Assembly: GCA_043228905.1 (NCBI GenBank)
Contig: JBHGNT010000009.1
Location: 17,856,001-17,920,000 of the forward strand
Reading direction: 5' to 3'
DNA length: 64,000 bases
Source of the DNA: Azolla caroliniana
Taxonomy: Eukaryota; Plantae; Polypodiophyta
The notes beneath the pieces are model-generated. The model made no database searches, was not told the origin of the DNA, and worked only from the letters and a program-made list of their open reading frames with translations. Of the stretch, positions 12,436 to 27,100 are shown piece after piece (position 1 is the first letter of the stretch; each line of letters begins with the position of its first letter). Both the position numbers and the translations under genes were made by a program.

Positions 12436-13239
12436 ATGTTAACATCCTGTGTCATTTCTATGGACTTCAATGCCAATACGTTGGAGTTTGAGAAGTGTCA
12501 GGTGGTTTTGGTGCATGAGATCTTTAGAGAATAAGATATTGTTTGACTACCTCCTTCACTTCAGGAAAGAGTATCTAGATTACCTCAAAACCTTTTGGCC
12601 ATGGTTATTCGGCACAATTCAATATTCTACATGTCGAGAAAAAGGGGGCTGATTTGAGTTATTTCTGAAAGAGCTTATGATGGGACTAATTTGATTCACA
12701 AGAATGAATTGAACCTTCTCAAAGAGCAGTATGTTGGCCTAATGAATGGTAAAAAGCCTCCAAGTTTTGAAGAAAACAGGTTCATAGAATCAAGTATTTG
12801 TTTACATAAGAACAATAGTAATGTCGCTTGCGGATGAAGATGTTGAACTTCATGCTCCGGTGTGTTGGAAATTATAAGGAAAATAATACAAAGTAATAAT
12901 AACTAAATTATAAAACAATAAAATAATAAAATAATAAAAATAAACAGTTATGACTGTTACGAACAATCACTTTTGTAAAAGACACATTCATTCTATAAAA
13001 CTAAATATACACGCCTCTCTACAGGCAGAGAGGAACCATAATTTTTATCTATCTGTCTCTGTATCTTTTTATCTCTCCCTGTCTCTGTTTTCAACATGGT
13101 ATCAGAGCAGGTTCCTTCTTTCTAGGTGACACCAAAATTCTCTCCACAGAAAACAACAGATAATATAATAGGCTAGAACTTTAGCCTCTTCTAAGACCTG
13201 CACAATCTTGTATTTTAAACAAACAAATCTCTCACAGCC

Positions 13240-16200
13240 ATGGATCAAGCAACGCCTTCCTCACCCCAAAACTTTATGTATAGAAAAACTGCAATTAGCA
13301 AATTGAATAATATAAACTATAGAGTTTGGAGTAGCAAAATGACTCTCCTTTTCAAACAACTGAAATTATGGGTAGTAGTTGAAGGCAAAGAAACACAACC
13401 CAACACATTAAACCCGAACTACCCCGCATGGGAAGAAAAAAATCTAGCAGCAAAGTTGGAAATCATGTCAAACTTGGAGGATCAACAAGCCGACGTAATC
13501 AGAAATTGCAGCACTGCAAACGCCATGTGGATCGACTTGAAGAACGAATTCGAACCAACTATAGATGGAAACCAGGTCATGACTCTAAACTCATTAGTCA
13601 TTTTAAAAATGCACGAAGAAGATGAAATGAATGCATTTATAAACTCATGGAAACGCAAATTAGATGACTGTCTCATGTCTGGGGTAGAAATCGAGTCAAA
13701 GTTGCAAAGGCTTCTTTTGTTAGGTGCACTACCACCATCTTGGAGCACTTTTGTGACCACCCAAAACTTCAATACAAACACAACTCTCATGGACCTAATT
13801 AATTGTATACGAACAAGAAGAAGTCATGAAAAAGGCACGTCGACTTGAACAAACACAACACACATCAACAATGATAGCATACCGTGGAAAACAACCCTAT
13901 CAAAACCAAAGAACGGAATATAGGCCTAGAAACTATCTTGACAATTCTAGACCACAAGTTGGAGGCATCATATTCTCACAAATTTTTTGCACCATTTGTA
14001 ATAAATCTGGACACACAAACAATCAATGTAGGTTCAGACAAATGAAAAATAAACAATCATATCAACGACCTAGATCTCGAGTAGAAGCCCACCTAGCTGA
14101 AGAAATTTCAGAAAATGAGTCATACCCAACTGAAACAAATAGTGAGGAAAATGATGATGGTTATGATGACCTCTTGCAAGTTTTCTTTGCAGAAGATTCA
14201 ACTCCAGAAATCAATACAAAACAACAACCAAACAACACTTGGTACTTCGATACTGGTGCCACCCATCACATGACAAATAATAAACAATCTATTAGAAACT
14301 ACAACTCCTTACCCGTACCAATCCCTATTGTGTTTGGTAATAATGGCAGCCTAAATGCCTTAGGAAAAGGAGACGTAAGCTTTCTCCTACAAGACAATCA
14401 ACTCCTCACAATAGACAATGTCTATTTTGTTCCTGGAATCACGAAAAATCTATTATTTGTTTCTCAAGCAACCAAAAATTGTACCTCCATAAAATTCAAA
14501 GAAACATATGCACAAATTAAGCATAAGTCACCAAATGGACAGAAAAAAAGTACATCTGTAGGCACCTTGATAAAGGGCTTTATCGCATTCCATGTCCACC
14601 AACACATGCAGACATAGAAGCACTTTATGCATCCACAAAATAAAACCATGATCTTAGCATCTTATGGCATCATAGACTTGCACATATAAATTTACAAGCC
14701 ATTAAAACTCTACAATCAAAAAACATGGTTATTGGTCTCCCTAAAGATCAATTCACAACTTCTCTAGACCTCTGCGAAGAGTGTCTTCTTGGGAAGATGC
14801 CTCATCACTCTTTTCCACTACGACAAAGTAGAAGTCGATTCCCATTGCAATTAGTCCATAGTGATCTTTGTGGCCCTTTCCTGACATCGTCAATAACTGG
14901 ATCACATTACTTCATCGTTTCATAGATGACTATAGTAGATTCACTGTTATTACATTTCTTAAGACAAAAAACCAAGCACTTCAAGCACTTAAAAATTACT
15001 CAACATTAGCTGAAAATATAACTAAAAGAAAAATACAATTTCTACAAACTGATGGAGGCGGCGAATACAATTCCAATGCCCTCATGGATTTTTGCAAATC
15101 CAAAGGAATTCACCACCGAAAATTAACACCACAAACTCCTCAACAAAATGGTATTGCAGAAAGAAAAAATCGTAGCTTACTAAATGCTGCCCATAGCATG
15201 CTAAATGCCGCAAACCTAGAGCCAAAATTCTGGGAGGAAGCGGTTGCAACCGCTTGTTACATTCAAAACAGAATTTATCACCACTCGATTGGACTACATA
15301 CACCTTTTGAAATGTGGTATGGTCACAAACCTCATTTACAAGACCTTAAAATATTCGGATGTATTGCTTTCGCTTGTGTACCAGAAAACAAAAGAAACAA
15401 GTTAAATGCAAGAGCACAAAAATCCATCTTCGTTGGATATGGAGACGCACACGGTTACAAGGCCTACCAAATCTACAACCCAGCTACCAACAAAGTTTTC
15501 TTTAGTCAAAGCGTTATCTTCAACGAATTTGACATCCTAAAAAATCAGAACCAAAAATCAAAAAATTCAGAAATTCTAATTAACTTACTGCAGAAAATGG
15601 TGCACCTCCCGAGCCAACCAACAGCACCATCCAATGGTGCCTTCCATCTGGCCCTCCATCACCACAAGAACCATCAATCACTGATGGAACTCCCACACCT
15701 TCACAAGTCTCCTTTAATCTACTACCATCATCTTCAGAAGCCACGTCGGGCAACATTCCACCGCCAAACAGAGATCACGGCACAGCCGACCACACTCCCG
15801 TTGTGTCCCCCACTCGTACCGCTCCACCACCGTCGTCTCCTGAAGCCGCCTCGAGCAGCATTCGATCTCCAAACAAAGATTGCGCCATCGCTATGAACCA
15901 CACTCTTGTAGTTGCTGAGCATACAAATTTTGCCTCTCCTCAATGCCATAGTTTTTCTCCTTCTATCCCACATAATACATTAATGTCTCCTAGCCAAACA
16001 TTAAGACCTAACACTTCCCCATTAGACACTCCACCCACGTATGACACTTATAACATAGACATGACATCCCCAAGACGCCTTAGAAGACTTTCCGACATCT
16101 ACAAAGAGCTAGATGAATTAAAGTGTCATTTTAGCGACCTCGACCCTAGCAACATTGGTATTTTGGATAAATCTGGCCTTGATGAAGTACCCACAAAAAT

Positions 16201-17844
16201 TGACTGTGAAGAGCCTACAACCATAGAAGAAGCTCTCCAAAGCTCAAATGCAGAAATTTGGATTACCGCCATTAAAAATGAAATGCACTCTCTCACAAAA
16301 AATGAAACATGGTGTCTAGTGCAAAAACCTCAAAATCGCACAATTATTACGTGCAAGTGGGTACTTCGAATTAAGCGAGACTCGCATGGAAATCCCATTC
16401 GATTTAAAACACGCTTGGTTGCTCGAGGCTTCGCACAAGTACCCGGAATAGACTTCACAAAAACCTTCAGTCCCACACTTCGAATAACATCTTTTCGACT
16501 ACTTGTGGCCATCGCCGCTGCTCAAAAGCTCGAACTTCATCACTTGGATGTTCAAACCGCTTTCCTTCATGGTGATCTTGAAGAAGAAGTCTATATGAAG
16601 CAACCTCCCTACTTTGAGAATACAAAGTTTCCAACACACGTTTGCAAACTAAAGAAGTCCATTTATGGCCTACGACAATCACCTCGAGCATGGTACTATC
16701 GTCTCCATATATTCTTAATCAAATGTGGATATAATAGACTTAAAAGTGAACCAAACATCTATTTTAGAAAATTAGCATCTAACTTTATCATACTAGGGGT
16801 CTGTGTAGATGATTTTCCCCTCCTCTCAAATTCTCTATCTTATTTAAATTTTTGCGAACAAGAACTAAAATCAACATTTCCTATCACCGATCTTGGACCC
16901 ATGACCTATTTTCTAGGAATAGAAGTAAAAAGAAATACAACACTAGGATAAATATCACTCTCACCATCTCGGTACATTGATAATATTCTAAAACGTTTTG
17001 ACATGGAACACTGCAAACCCATCTCTACACCACTTCCTACCACACTTAAGTTCTCCATTGAAGATAGCCCAAAATCACCCATAGAAGAAACCGAAATGAA
17101 AAACATTCCCTACAGACAAGTAATAGGGTCCATACGATATCTAGTAAGTAGCACCAAACCAGATCTATGCTTTAGCACCGGACTACTATCACATTTTATG
17201 ACTAACCCCGGTCCTAAACATTGGCAAGAACTTAAAAGAATTCTTAGATATCTTAAACATACTAAACACTTGTGTCTTATTTATCAATCCACGCATTCGG
17301 AATCGATCCAACCAAAATTGTGCGGATGGGCAAACCCCTCAACTCCTCTTCATGGTTGGTGTGATTCCGACCGGGGGGGGATGTGGATGACCGAAAATCT
17401 ACAAGTGGCTACGTTTACACCTTTGTCGGAGGAGCAATCGCGTGGAGGTCGAAGAAACAATCTACAGTTTCACTATCGTCAACAGAAGCAGAATATGTTG
17501 CTGCCACTCTAGCTACAAAAGAAGGAATCTGGTTGAAAGCTATATTGGAGGAAATTAATCTTTCTGAAGAAAAACCAATAGAAATTTACTGCGACAACCA
17601 ATCTTGCATAAAGCTCGCAATCAATCCACGAATGAGCGACAATATAAGACATATATCATTCAAGCACCATTTTCTAAGGGACCAAATTGAAGAAAAGAAA
17701 ATAAATTTGAAGTTCACTCCATCAACCTCCATGTGGGCAGACTTCTTTACAAAGTCGGTGCCAAACCATAAACACGTACAATGTTGCAAGAACATTGGGC
17801 TTCTCAACTTCACCAACACTGAAGACAAAGATATGGAATTTTAA
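13240..17844 (+). pseudogene. copia gag-pol polyprotein (frameshifted)
   Basis: Gag N-terminus, CTICNKSGHTNNQC knuckle, WYFDTGAT protease, integrase (VHSDL, QTDGGGEY, QNGIAERKN), RT (HLDVQTAFLHG, VCVDD), RNase H (SSTEAEY, YCDNQS, ADFFTK). Confidence 0.95.
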
Positions 17845-18078
17845 TAAACTTATGGAGATTGCAAGAAGAACTTGATAAAACAACATTGTCAAAGACATCG
17901 ACCTACGACTCAGCCGTGAGGAGCGATGGCAGCAGAAGGATCTTCGAAAAACGACTCGGCTGCTTCAGAGCCTGCACAAACATCAGCCCCAAACCTTCTG
18001 GACATCAATGGGACACAGGTATGTCACGAACATCTATTTAATCGCATTGATGCTGAAACCGAATAGGAAACACAAGGG

Positions 18079-19805
18079 GTGGATAATCAAAATGGTCCTT
18101 CAATGCATACAATGGGAGCCTTTGTTCTCTCCCCGGAGGAAGAATGCCTAATGGAGAGTGAATTAACACGTCTTAAACGGGAATCCTTTGTGGTAAAAGT
18201 GGTGGGTAGTCGACCCAATAGAGCAATATTGCGTGATTGGCTCAAAGTTGTCTACAAGAAGACCTTGGTAGATTGAAGGACATTGCATTTATGGGAAAGG
18301 GCTTCTACCATGTTATAGTGATGCCGGAAACGAATGTATGCAAAATTGTTGAGAGCAGCCCACTGATTTGGCACAATGTGAGGGCCTATGTATTCAATTG
18401 GGATGCAAACTTTGACATGTGTAAAGCTGATGCTTATATAGGCAATCCTACAGTGGTAATGGCATTTTTTCCTGGTTTACCTAAGCAATGGGAATCCTTT
18501 CTCCCGGCCATTGGCAAAAGTATGGGAGGTCAATGCCTGGAAAAGACTCTTGCGGAGAGAATAAGTGAAACACCGAGGATCAAACTAATTGTTTCGGATG
18601 TAAAGACCTTACCGCAATCAATGTTGTTGAGCAGTAAACAAATGGCTGACCATGTACAAACTGTTGAGTATGTGGGACTCCCAGGGCAATGCTTTGCATG
18701 TAGACAGATGGGGCACATGGCCCGAGAATGCCCTAGAGGAAAGGAGAACATGCATCATGGAAATGGGAAGCAAGGACAGAAATGTAAAACAAGTCTGATG
18801 CAACAGAAAAATCAACGAATGAACCATGCATTGAGTAAGAATGAAGATGGATGGAAACATAACACCTATAAAGGCAAACAAAAAGTCATGGTCGGACAAG
18901 AATGGCTCCCACTTAGAAATAAGTATGCGCTCTTAACCTTAGAGGACAATGAATACAAACCTAATGAAAGGGAAGAAAGAACGAAGGCAACTCATGAGAG
19001 TAATTATGTGGAAGTAATTAATGATATGACGAAACTACACCAGGAGGACAACTTGGTAGGGGATGTTATTGGCCAGATGCTTCATGAAAGTATAGGCGAG
19101 GTAGGAGAATTAAACATAGGAAAGGTCGTAAGCCCATTGAAAGAGCAGTCTAAGTCATTGGTGACAACCCTAGATATTAAGGGGATAGCAAAAATGAAAA
19201 GGCACATGCGTGCTAAAAAAGAGGAGATGAAGGGGATGGAAAAAAATAAAGGGATGCGTAAATGGCCAAGAGTGAACTGGAATCTTCAATACAAGGCGGG
19301 CCCCCTCTCGAATACTGGACAACAGATCAAAGTGAATCTGACGGGCAAAAAGTGGTTCAAGGAACTATGTGGAAGTGAGATGAAGAAGGACAGCATATGT
19401 AGAGTCAATATATATGGCAAATGTAGTGATGGAGGGGTTGCTGGTCTGTCCTATATTTTGGCCTTGGGAACTAAGGAGCCACATAGTAGAGAAGAAGCCC
19501 TCAGGTGTTTGGAACAACAAATGGATGCTTATGTAGACGCATCATATGGTACCGCACTAGGGATGAAAATGAAAAGACAATGGAAAGATGCCTTGATTTG
19601 GAGTTCGGGCAAGGCGAATGAACAAGGCATATGCTTCATAAATGTGAAATTTAGGAAGCTTCCTAATCTGATAACGGAGTTCATGGTATACGTCCCTGAA
19701 ATGCTGACACAGTTGGAAGAGGAAAATCTCCAAGATTGGATATTAGCTACCATATTGGAAGCGGAAAATGCATTGGTTGGGCCTCAGAAGGTGCAGCTTA
19801 TATGA
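18079..19805 (+). pseudogene. LINE ORF1 (RNA-binding/zinc knuckle; 5' part frameshifted)
   Basis: CFACRQMGHMAREC CCHC knuckle preceded by a plant-L1 ORF1-like region (VKVVGSRPNR, MGKGFYHV); ORFs 18079-18276 and 18237-19805. Confidence 0.8.
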
Positions 19806-22800
19806 ATCTCAGTTTGCTAACTTGGAATATACAAAGAATTGGTGGCACCCAATTCCAAATGAAAAAGAATGTGTTGGCTGCTGAAATTCAGCGATGCACT
19901 GAGGCAGTGTTGCCTGATATTATCTTGGTGCAGGAGCACCATCTAGATGGGGACAAGATCGATAAAATAGGAAGCATTTGCCCCGGAAACTGGACCAATA
20001 CATGGTCAGCAGCTACGGGAGATAGGCAGATTCAAGGGGGAGTACTTATAGCTATGAAAGCTAAGTTTACTGCTGACTGTACAGGCAGGGGTAGTTTAAT
20101 AGAGGGTCGTGCTGTCTACATAAGGATAAAACACAATTGTGGGCACTTGGGCATACTGAACATTTATGCCCCAAATTCAGCTGCTGAAAGACAAGAATTC
20201 TGGTTGCAACTAGTGGCCAAGAAACCAGATGCTGAGTTGTGGATCATTGGAGGAGACTTTAATATGGTGGAGCATCCAGAAGATAGAAGAGGCAATGCAA
20301 ATGGAACGGTACAGGGGGCAGAGAAGAATGCATGGGATAAGTTTTGTTTAGCATATAATGTGATAGATTGTTGGAATGCCCCTAACTTTCAAATGCAAAA
20401 AGAAAAATCTCTTCGCTACTCTAGAGTAGGAGGAAATGTGCACAGGAGGACGATGTCTAGGCTGGACAGATGGTATTTGGACCCTCGACTCATGGATAGG
20501 AAAGGTAGATGCATTATTTGCCTGGGTACAATGTTCTTTGATCATGCCCCAGTTTTGTTACACATACAAGAAAACAATCGCTGCAAGCCACATAATGTGA
20601 AGGTGTGTAAGGAATTGGTTATGGATACTAAATGGACCGATGATATACGGAAAATATGGTATGATATCAGATGGAGGTACCTTGACCCTGCTCATAGGCT
20701 GGCTGGGAAACTTGAGGCATGTGCAGGGTTTTTTCAACAAAAAGCGATTGAAATTAGAAAAGAGATAAGAGAGAAAATGCAGAGAATGCAATGGTCACTT
20801 GCTTCTATGCAACGACTAAGAGAATTATACCCACATAATGTATGGATTGAGGCGCAACTTGAGGAGGCCAAAAGAAAATTAGAGAGGTACGAAAAACTTA
20901 GGAGTACTTATGCCTATCGAAGTAGGGCAGCAAGCTGGATGAGGGTAGGAGATCGGGTTACTAAAGGTTTTTTTAAAGGTGTTAAATGCAAAGGATCTGG
21001 GTTTCAACCTTCATGCTTAAAAAAGACAGATGGCACAATGACCTCATGCAAAGAGGAAATGCTTGAAATAACCACAAGCTATTATACTCAACTACTAAAT
21101 GTATGCAATAAGGATCTGATTCATCAGGTTGCCTTTAGAAATATAATAAAGAGGATACCAAGGAAAGTTACGGCTCAAATGATGGACCAACTAAATACCC
21201 CTATAGGTATGCATGAATTGTGGGATGCTATTGGGGATATGAACAAACAAAGCTGTGCAGGAATTGATGGACTTCCTCTATACTTTTACATCCATTATTG
21301 GGATCTAATTAAGGATGACATGCTGGCAGGGATGCAACACATTATGGTAGAAGGACTAATGCCCACAACAATGTGTAGAGGCATGATTTATTTAATACCC
21401 AAGGCTGGTAAAGACCTAGCAACGCTTGATAATTGGCGACCACTGACGATCCTCACCAATGCATATAAGATAATGGCCAAAGTCGTAAGTAAGAGATTGA
21501 AAATGGTACTTGGGGACATTATACATACAACGCAAACTGGTTTCTTGGAAAACCGGAGTATTGTGGACAATGTGATAACATTCTGGGAATACTCAGCATG
21601 GGCTGAGGAGCAAGAAGTGGACCTAGCAGTAATGCTACTTGACTTCGAAAAAGCATATGACAGGATTTCATGGGATTTCCTAGAAGCAGTGATGGCAGCC
21701 CTAGGTTTTGAACAACAATGGATCCGTGGAATGGGTGCCTTCTACAGAGGTGCATCCAGCCAAGTGTTAATGGCTGGAAGTATGGGGAAGAGCTTTAAGA
21801 TGCTACGTTCGGTACGCCAAGGATGCCCATTAGCCCCGTATTTATACATAATTGCAGCAGAAGCTTTGCATTATCAAATTGTTGATAGATCTTGGCAAAT
21901 ACAAGGCCTTACCTTACCCGATGTTGAAGTTATGGTGCTTGATACGGCATATGCTGATGACACAATGACCTATGTCAAAGGTGATACACACAACTTGGGC
22001 AGATTGCAAAATGCAATTGATGAGTTTTGTAGGGGATCCGATGCTAAAATAAATTGGAATAAATCTGTGGGCATTTGGATCAGTAATAAACCCATGTTAA
22101 ACTGGGTCCCCGACCCCAATTTTAGATGGTTGAGGAAAGGAGAAGCTACTAGATACTTGGGCTTCAAAATTGGTATGGACATTGATCGGGCAGAACACTA
22201 CAATCTACTAGTGGATAAAATAAAAATGAAGCTAATATGGTGGAATGCAAGAAAACTATCCTTTGCGGGAAAGATTGTGATTGCAAATCAGATTCTAATG
22301 GCCACTATATGGCACACTGCTACATGCTGCATAATCGTGCCCAAGTCGATGAAATTGATAAAAAAGATCATTAGAAATTTCTTATGGGGGGGCACAGAGG
22401 AAAAACAAGCCGTTGCAAAGATTGCTTGGACCACACTTATAAAAAGGAAAAGTGAAGGGGGAGTGGGATTGATAGATCCCGTGATGCAAACGAAGGCCTT
22501 GCTAGGCAAACTAGTGGTCCGGAGCCTACAACTTCCTGAGGCACCTTGGAAAGTTCTATGGCGGCGTAGATGGAAGATGTGGCTGCCAAGACAAGGTGGA
22601 TGTTGGCCTAGCAGCCCATTTTGGGGCTTTGTGCCAGAAATGAGGCCCAAATATTGGGGAAGTATGCAGAGTCTTTGTGCTATCAGAATTATGAAAGCAT
22701 GGCAAGAAATCAGAAAGGGGATCATATGTAGGTGGAGAAATGATGCATATGCGCGGATATACATGCCAATTGTGTGGAACCCATTGATTAGAGATGTGGA

Positions 22801-24151
22801 TGGGCTGATGATAGGCCAAAAAACAGGTTTCAAATGGGCTGAGTTAATCAATGCCCAAGGGAATACATTAGTGGAGTGGGAGAGGTTTTTGTCCAATGAG
22901 GTGGGCACTCAAAAGGCTAGAATATGGAGAATAAGCAGGGGTAAAGGCATGCTCAAGAGAATTACAAATGCCATTGCATGCTACAAGAATACCTTGGAAG
23001 AGGAAGAAGTAACAACCTCTGAAATTGCGTGGACAGGTCTTATAGATGCTGAAAACTGTTTAATTGGCATTAAGGGAATGAAAGTAGAATCGAACGAGGT
23101 ATGCTACTACAAACTAGAGCACGGAAGGGCAAGAGGTGAGCAACCAGTCTTTCAAAGAGAAAAGCTGATTAGGCTGATCGTAAAAACTAGCAAGAATATG
23201 ATTATTGACCCTAAGCCAAGGGAGATCACACCGGCGACAGTGTGTTGGCCTATAGAAGGGCATTTGGATAAGTTATCATGGGACCCAGCCAGGTATTTTT
23301 GGAGAACTCAAGGACAAACTGATGAGGAAAAGCTGGTTCAATTTTTCAGGTATAACACGAAGATTGGGAGGCAAATTCTTCTAGAACAAAAACATGACAA
23401 GGTTGCGGCAAGGAAATTTTGGATGCAGGAGGGCATAAGTGAAAGGAGACTAGATAAATTCTAGAAAATGATATGGCATGACAAATATGACCGCAAGATA
23501 ATGATGTGTTTATGGCTTATTGCACATAGAGCCTTGCCGGTAGGGATGTGGGGTAAAGGCCCCAATGTAGACCCTAGATGTATTGTATGTGGACAGATAG
23601 AAAGCATCTCCCATTGTCTATGGGACTGTCGCGATGCAATGGCTGTATGGGGAAGGGCACTTCGTTTGCTTTGCCATGCCTCTAGTTCGTTTACCCTCAA
23701 CTGGGGACATGCTTGTTGGATGTGTCTTGACGTTGATGTGGCGACATACGATAGCACATGCAATGCTAAGTACAGAGGGGAGAATGGCATTGTTCGGCTG
23801 ATCACTGACAACGGGGTACCTACAACTTGTGTACAGAATCAAAAACTTGAAGATCTTTGGATGTTGCTTGCCCCCATTACTATATGGCATATATGGACAG
23901 CAAGGTGTACCAGGGTATTTTCCGCACACAAACGCCCTCCAGCTAAATCGATTAAGCTAATTTGGCACACACTCATAACTACACTAAGAGCTCAATATGA
24001 GCAGATTAATGGTACTAATGATGTTGTAGACCTAATGAGGCTGAATTTTCGAAAAAGATGGTGTACGACGCCGATGGCCGCAGCAAATGGAATGGATATA
24101 CTATGGAAGTATGATGTACCCAGATGGTTGTTTCCCCCTCCCATTAGTTGA
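19802..24151 (+). pseudogene. LINE ORF2: AP endonuclease, reverse transcriptase and C-terminal zinc finger (one in-frame stop at 23462-23464)
   Basis: TWNI, QEH, NIYAPN, GGDFN, SRLDR, DHAPV; NWRPLT, LDFEKAYD, QGCPLAP, YADD; CIVCGQIESISHCLWDC. Confidence 0.95.
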
Positions 24152-27100
24152 ACGAGGGGCGTGAAAGACATGGCAAGTGGGATAGTGAAGGTAGGTGATG
24201 TATCTGAAAGGATGGCTTGAGTCATATGTAAAAGTGTAAGATAAATAAGTGAGATCTCGTATGTAGGCTAGGATAATCTTGGCACGGCCTAACTGAGAAA
24301 GGGATCGTGTTCATGTATATTTTAACTAATGGAGTATATTCTCTTTTGGAAAAAAAAAGATATGGAATTTTGATTATTTTCCTTAGGGGGGAGTGTTGGA
24401 AATTATAAGGAAAATAATACGAAGTAATAATAACTAAATTATAAAACAATAAAATAATAAAATAATAAAAATAAACAGTTATGACTGTTACGAACAATCA
24501 CTTTTGTAAAAGACACATTCGTTCTATAAAACTAAATATACACGCCTCTCTACAGGCAGAGACGAACCATAATTTTTATCTATCTGTCTCTGTATCTTTT
24601 TATCTCTCCCTGTCTCTGTTTTCAACAAGGTGAGCCTCCTTAAGAATATCAAGGAAGAAGATGTGGATCATTACTTTTACATTTATTTTTTCTGTTTTAG
24701 TTGACACTATCAAAAGTCATTTCCATCCATTCTTAAAGGAATCTTTTGAACGTTTGTAGTTACAAACATTTTTGGAAACTAAAACTCTTATGGAATTTTT
24801 ACCAGATTAAAAAAACAGAGTGCTGTAAAGCTGGAATAAGTTGTACCGAAAATTGCACTTCAATTCTTCGGAGGCTGAGAATTTGTCTTCTTCTCAAGCC
24901 TTGTGCATGCATGTATGCAAGAAGAACTTACTGGTTATCCCTCACTAAGCTGAATGACATCTGAAACCAAAGATGAGTTGCTCATGTGCTGGAATCGAGC
25001 GATGTTGTTCAATATATTCTCATGGAGTGGATATTAGAACTTGGGTTGTCTCCTGTGCTGGAATGTCACTTCAAAACTCAACCCATGCAATAAGGGCCAC
25101 CTCAACAAACAAAGGCTCTTAGCTAGGAGGGGGAGTATGCAAATTCAGAAGGCTCAAGCAGATGCATCTTACTAGTTGGTTTCACCAGTCCACCATTACT
25201 TTTCATGCATGTTGTTGGCATTCACTACTTTACTTCTTGGTATTGGGTTGAAAGCCAAAAGAATAGGATATGACCCACAAACAGATGAGATTATCAATAG
25301 TGTTCTGTTTGAGTTGGAAACCTCATCATACTACGTCTCTCTTGTGGTGTTTGTCAACTCATTGGCTAAGTTTCGACATTCAGCCATGCTGGCTAGAAAT
25401 TTAGCCATACTAGGCCCCACTATAATTGTCAAAAACCAGCCTATGAAACAAGTCAAGGTTACGAATATGAGGGGTGTCAGTTTATCAACATTGTTCTAAA
25501 ATAAAAGCTGTTAATGTATGAGATGGCTTTACACTTTACAATGTGAAATATTTGACATGGTTTTTTACAAGCATAAACTGCAGGACTATTGTTTGTTGGT
25601 GTGGTGGAGTGAGGCAATGAGGAAGTAAACTGTTTGCATTTTGGGTGTCCTTTGTGCAGATCATTGAGTGTGAATGCATGCCTCCATTACAAATTGTATG
25701 TTGTCTGTCTTCTGTTGAATGCATGTCTCCATGCCTCCATTACACAACACGTAACATAAATTGATTGAAATCATCCACGGTAAATAGAAATGGACAAAAC
25801 ATATAGCAATGATGCCTACTTCACAGCCTTACAGCATGACATAAATCAGTTGGTAGCTTCCAGAGTAAAAACATATAAAGAGACAAATCAGAGGTGAATT
25901 AGGACTACATCGTTCAAATTTGGATTCAAACAAGGCCTAATACACAGCCTTCATATTGAGGCTTCTCTCCCTTTGTATACATAATTAACACAAAAAAATG
26001 GATCAAAAAATACCATTGGTTTTGATCGTTATTTAGGGCAACACCATCAGTTTTGCCTGTTATTTAATTTAATGCTAGTTTTACTAGCAATCCGTTAGGC
26101 TAAACATGAATCAAATAATGATCCATCAGGAGCATATCGTCCATTTCCAGTAATTTATTAACATTATTGTTCTTATTATTCAATTTTCTTAGCCTCTCCG
26201 ATCTGCAAGGTGCGCCAGGCTTAATTTGTCCCTGCTATTATTTCGCAGTTAAAATTAGTGAAAACGAATAGAATAACACTCACACAAACTTCAATAGATT
26301 GAACATTTCGAACACTTAGAAAGCTGAGTTTACCATGCACAAACCCAGAGCCAAATCAGCAGCAATAAAAGTATCCATTCCTGTGACAAGTCATCACAGT
26401 TCCCCAACCAGCCTGCTTCAACATCTTTACCCCCTCTATGCTCTCAGATACTGAACCTATTTTGGTTCACCTACCCATATAGCTTACATTTCAGTTATAA
26501 ATAGGAATTGAAATCCCACTAAATTCTTGCGTATCTAGCAAAAAATTGCCAAACATTGAGCCAAAATCCACCAAATTCTTTGCAAATCTAACTATATATA
26601 ATGTTCAAGAAAACTGTCATAAACTTGAGCCACCATTACCTTCAAAAGAAGTCCATCGCATGATGATTCCTTGATTGCCTTAAGTACTCTCTGCCCACAA
26701 AACACACACACACACACACAGAATATAAGTAAACTTTGAAAGAAGTAATATAATAAGGGAAATGTGAAAAATAGAACTTGTTACAACACGGATGGAAGGT
26801 TTATAAAGTGTCTTTTAGAAACTAATAAGGTGTCTATGTATTTAACGTGTGTGAACATTAGAATATATTGAAACAATTAAGAGCTTGTCTCTTGGGTTTC
26901 TCACACTTTTACCGTTGGGTTTGTGACCAAACGATCAATCTCCAACAATCTGGACTTTTTTTTCACCAACTTGTGCAGTGAACTTGCTGTAGTGCTCCCA
27001 ATCATCTTTGATCAAATTGGGTCTTCAATTGACCCGATCGGATACTGCTCAATGAAGGACTTAATACAGATCAATTCAATTGATCTCCAGTTATATTTTG

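Larger units (their letters stand above)
17843..24355 (+). mobile_element. L1-type non-LTR retrotransposon (LINE), near full length
   Basis: 16-bp TSD AAAGATATGGAATTTT at 17827-17842 and 24356-24371, A-rich 3' tail, ORF1 and ORF2. Confidence 0.95.
12863..24627 (+). mobile_element. Ty1/copia LTR retrotransposon (234-bp LTRs) containing a LINE insertion
   Basis: LTRs 12863-13096 and 24394-24627 (TGTTG...CAACA, about 3 mismatches), PBS TGGTATCAGAGC (tRNA-iMet) at 13097, PPT AGGGGGGAG, TSD CGGTG/AGGTG. Confidence 0.96.

Noticed and set aside
12436-12862. Decayed coding sequence flanking the copia insertion (continues after 24627)
   Set aside because: The frame has several stops and no recognisable homology
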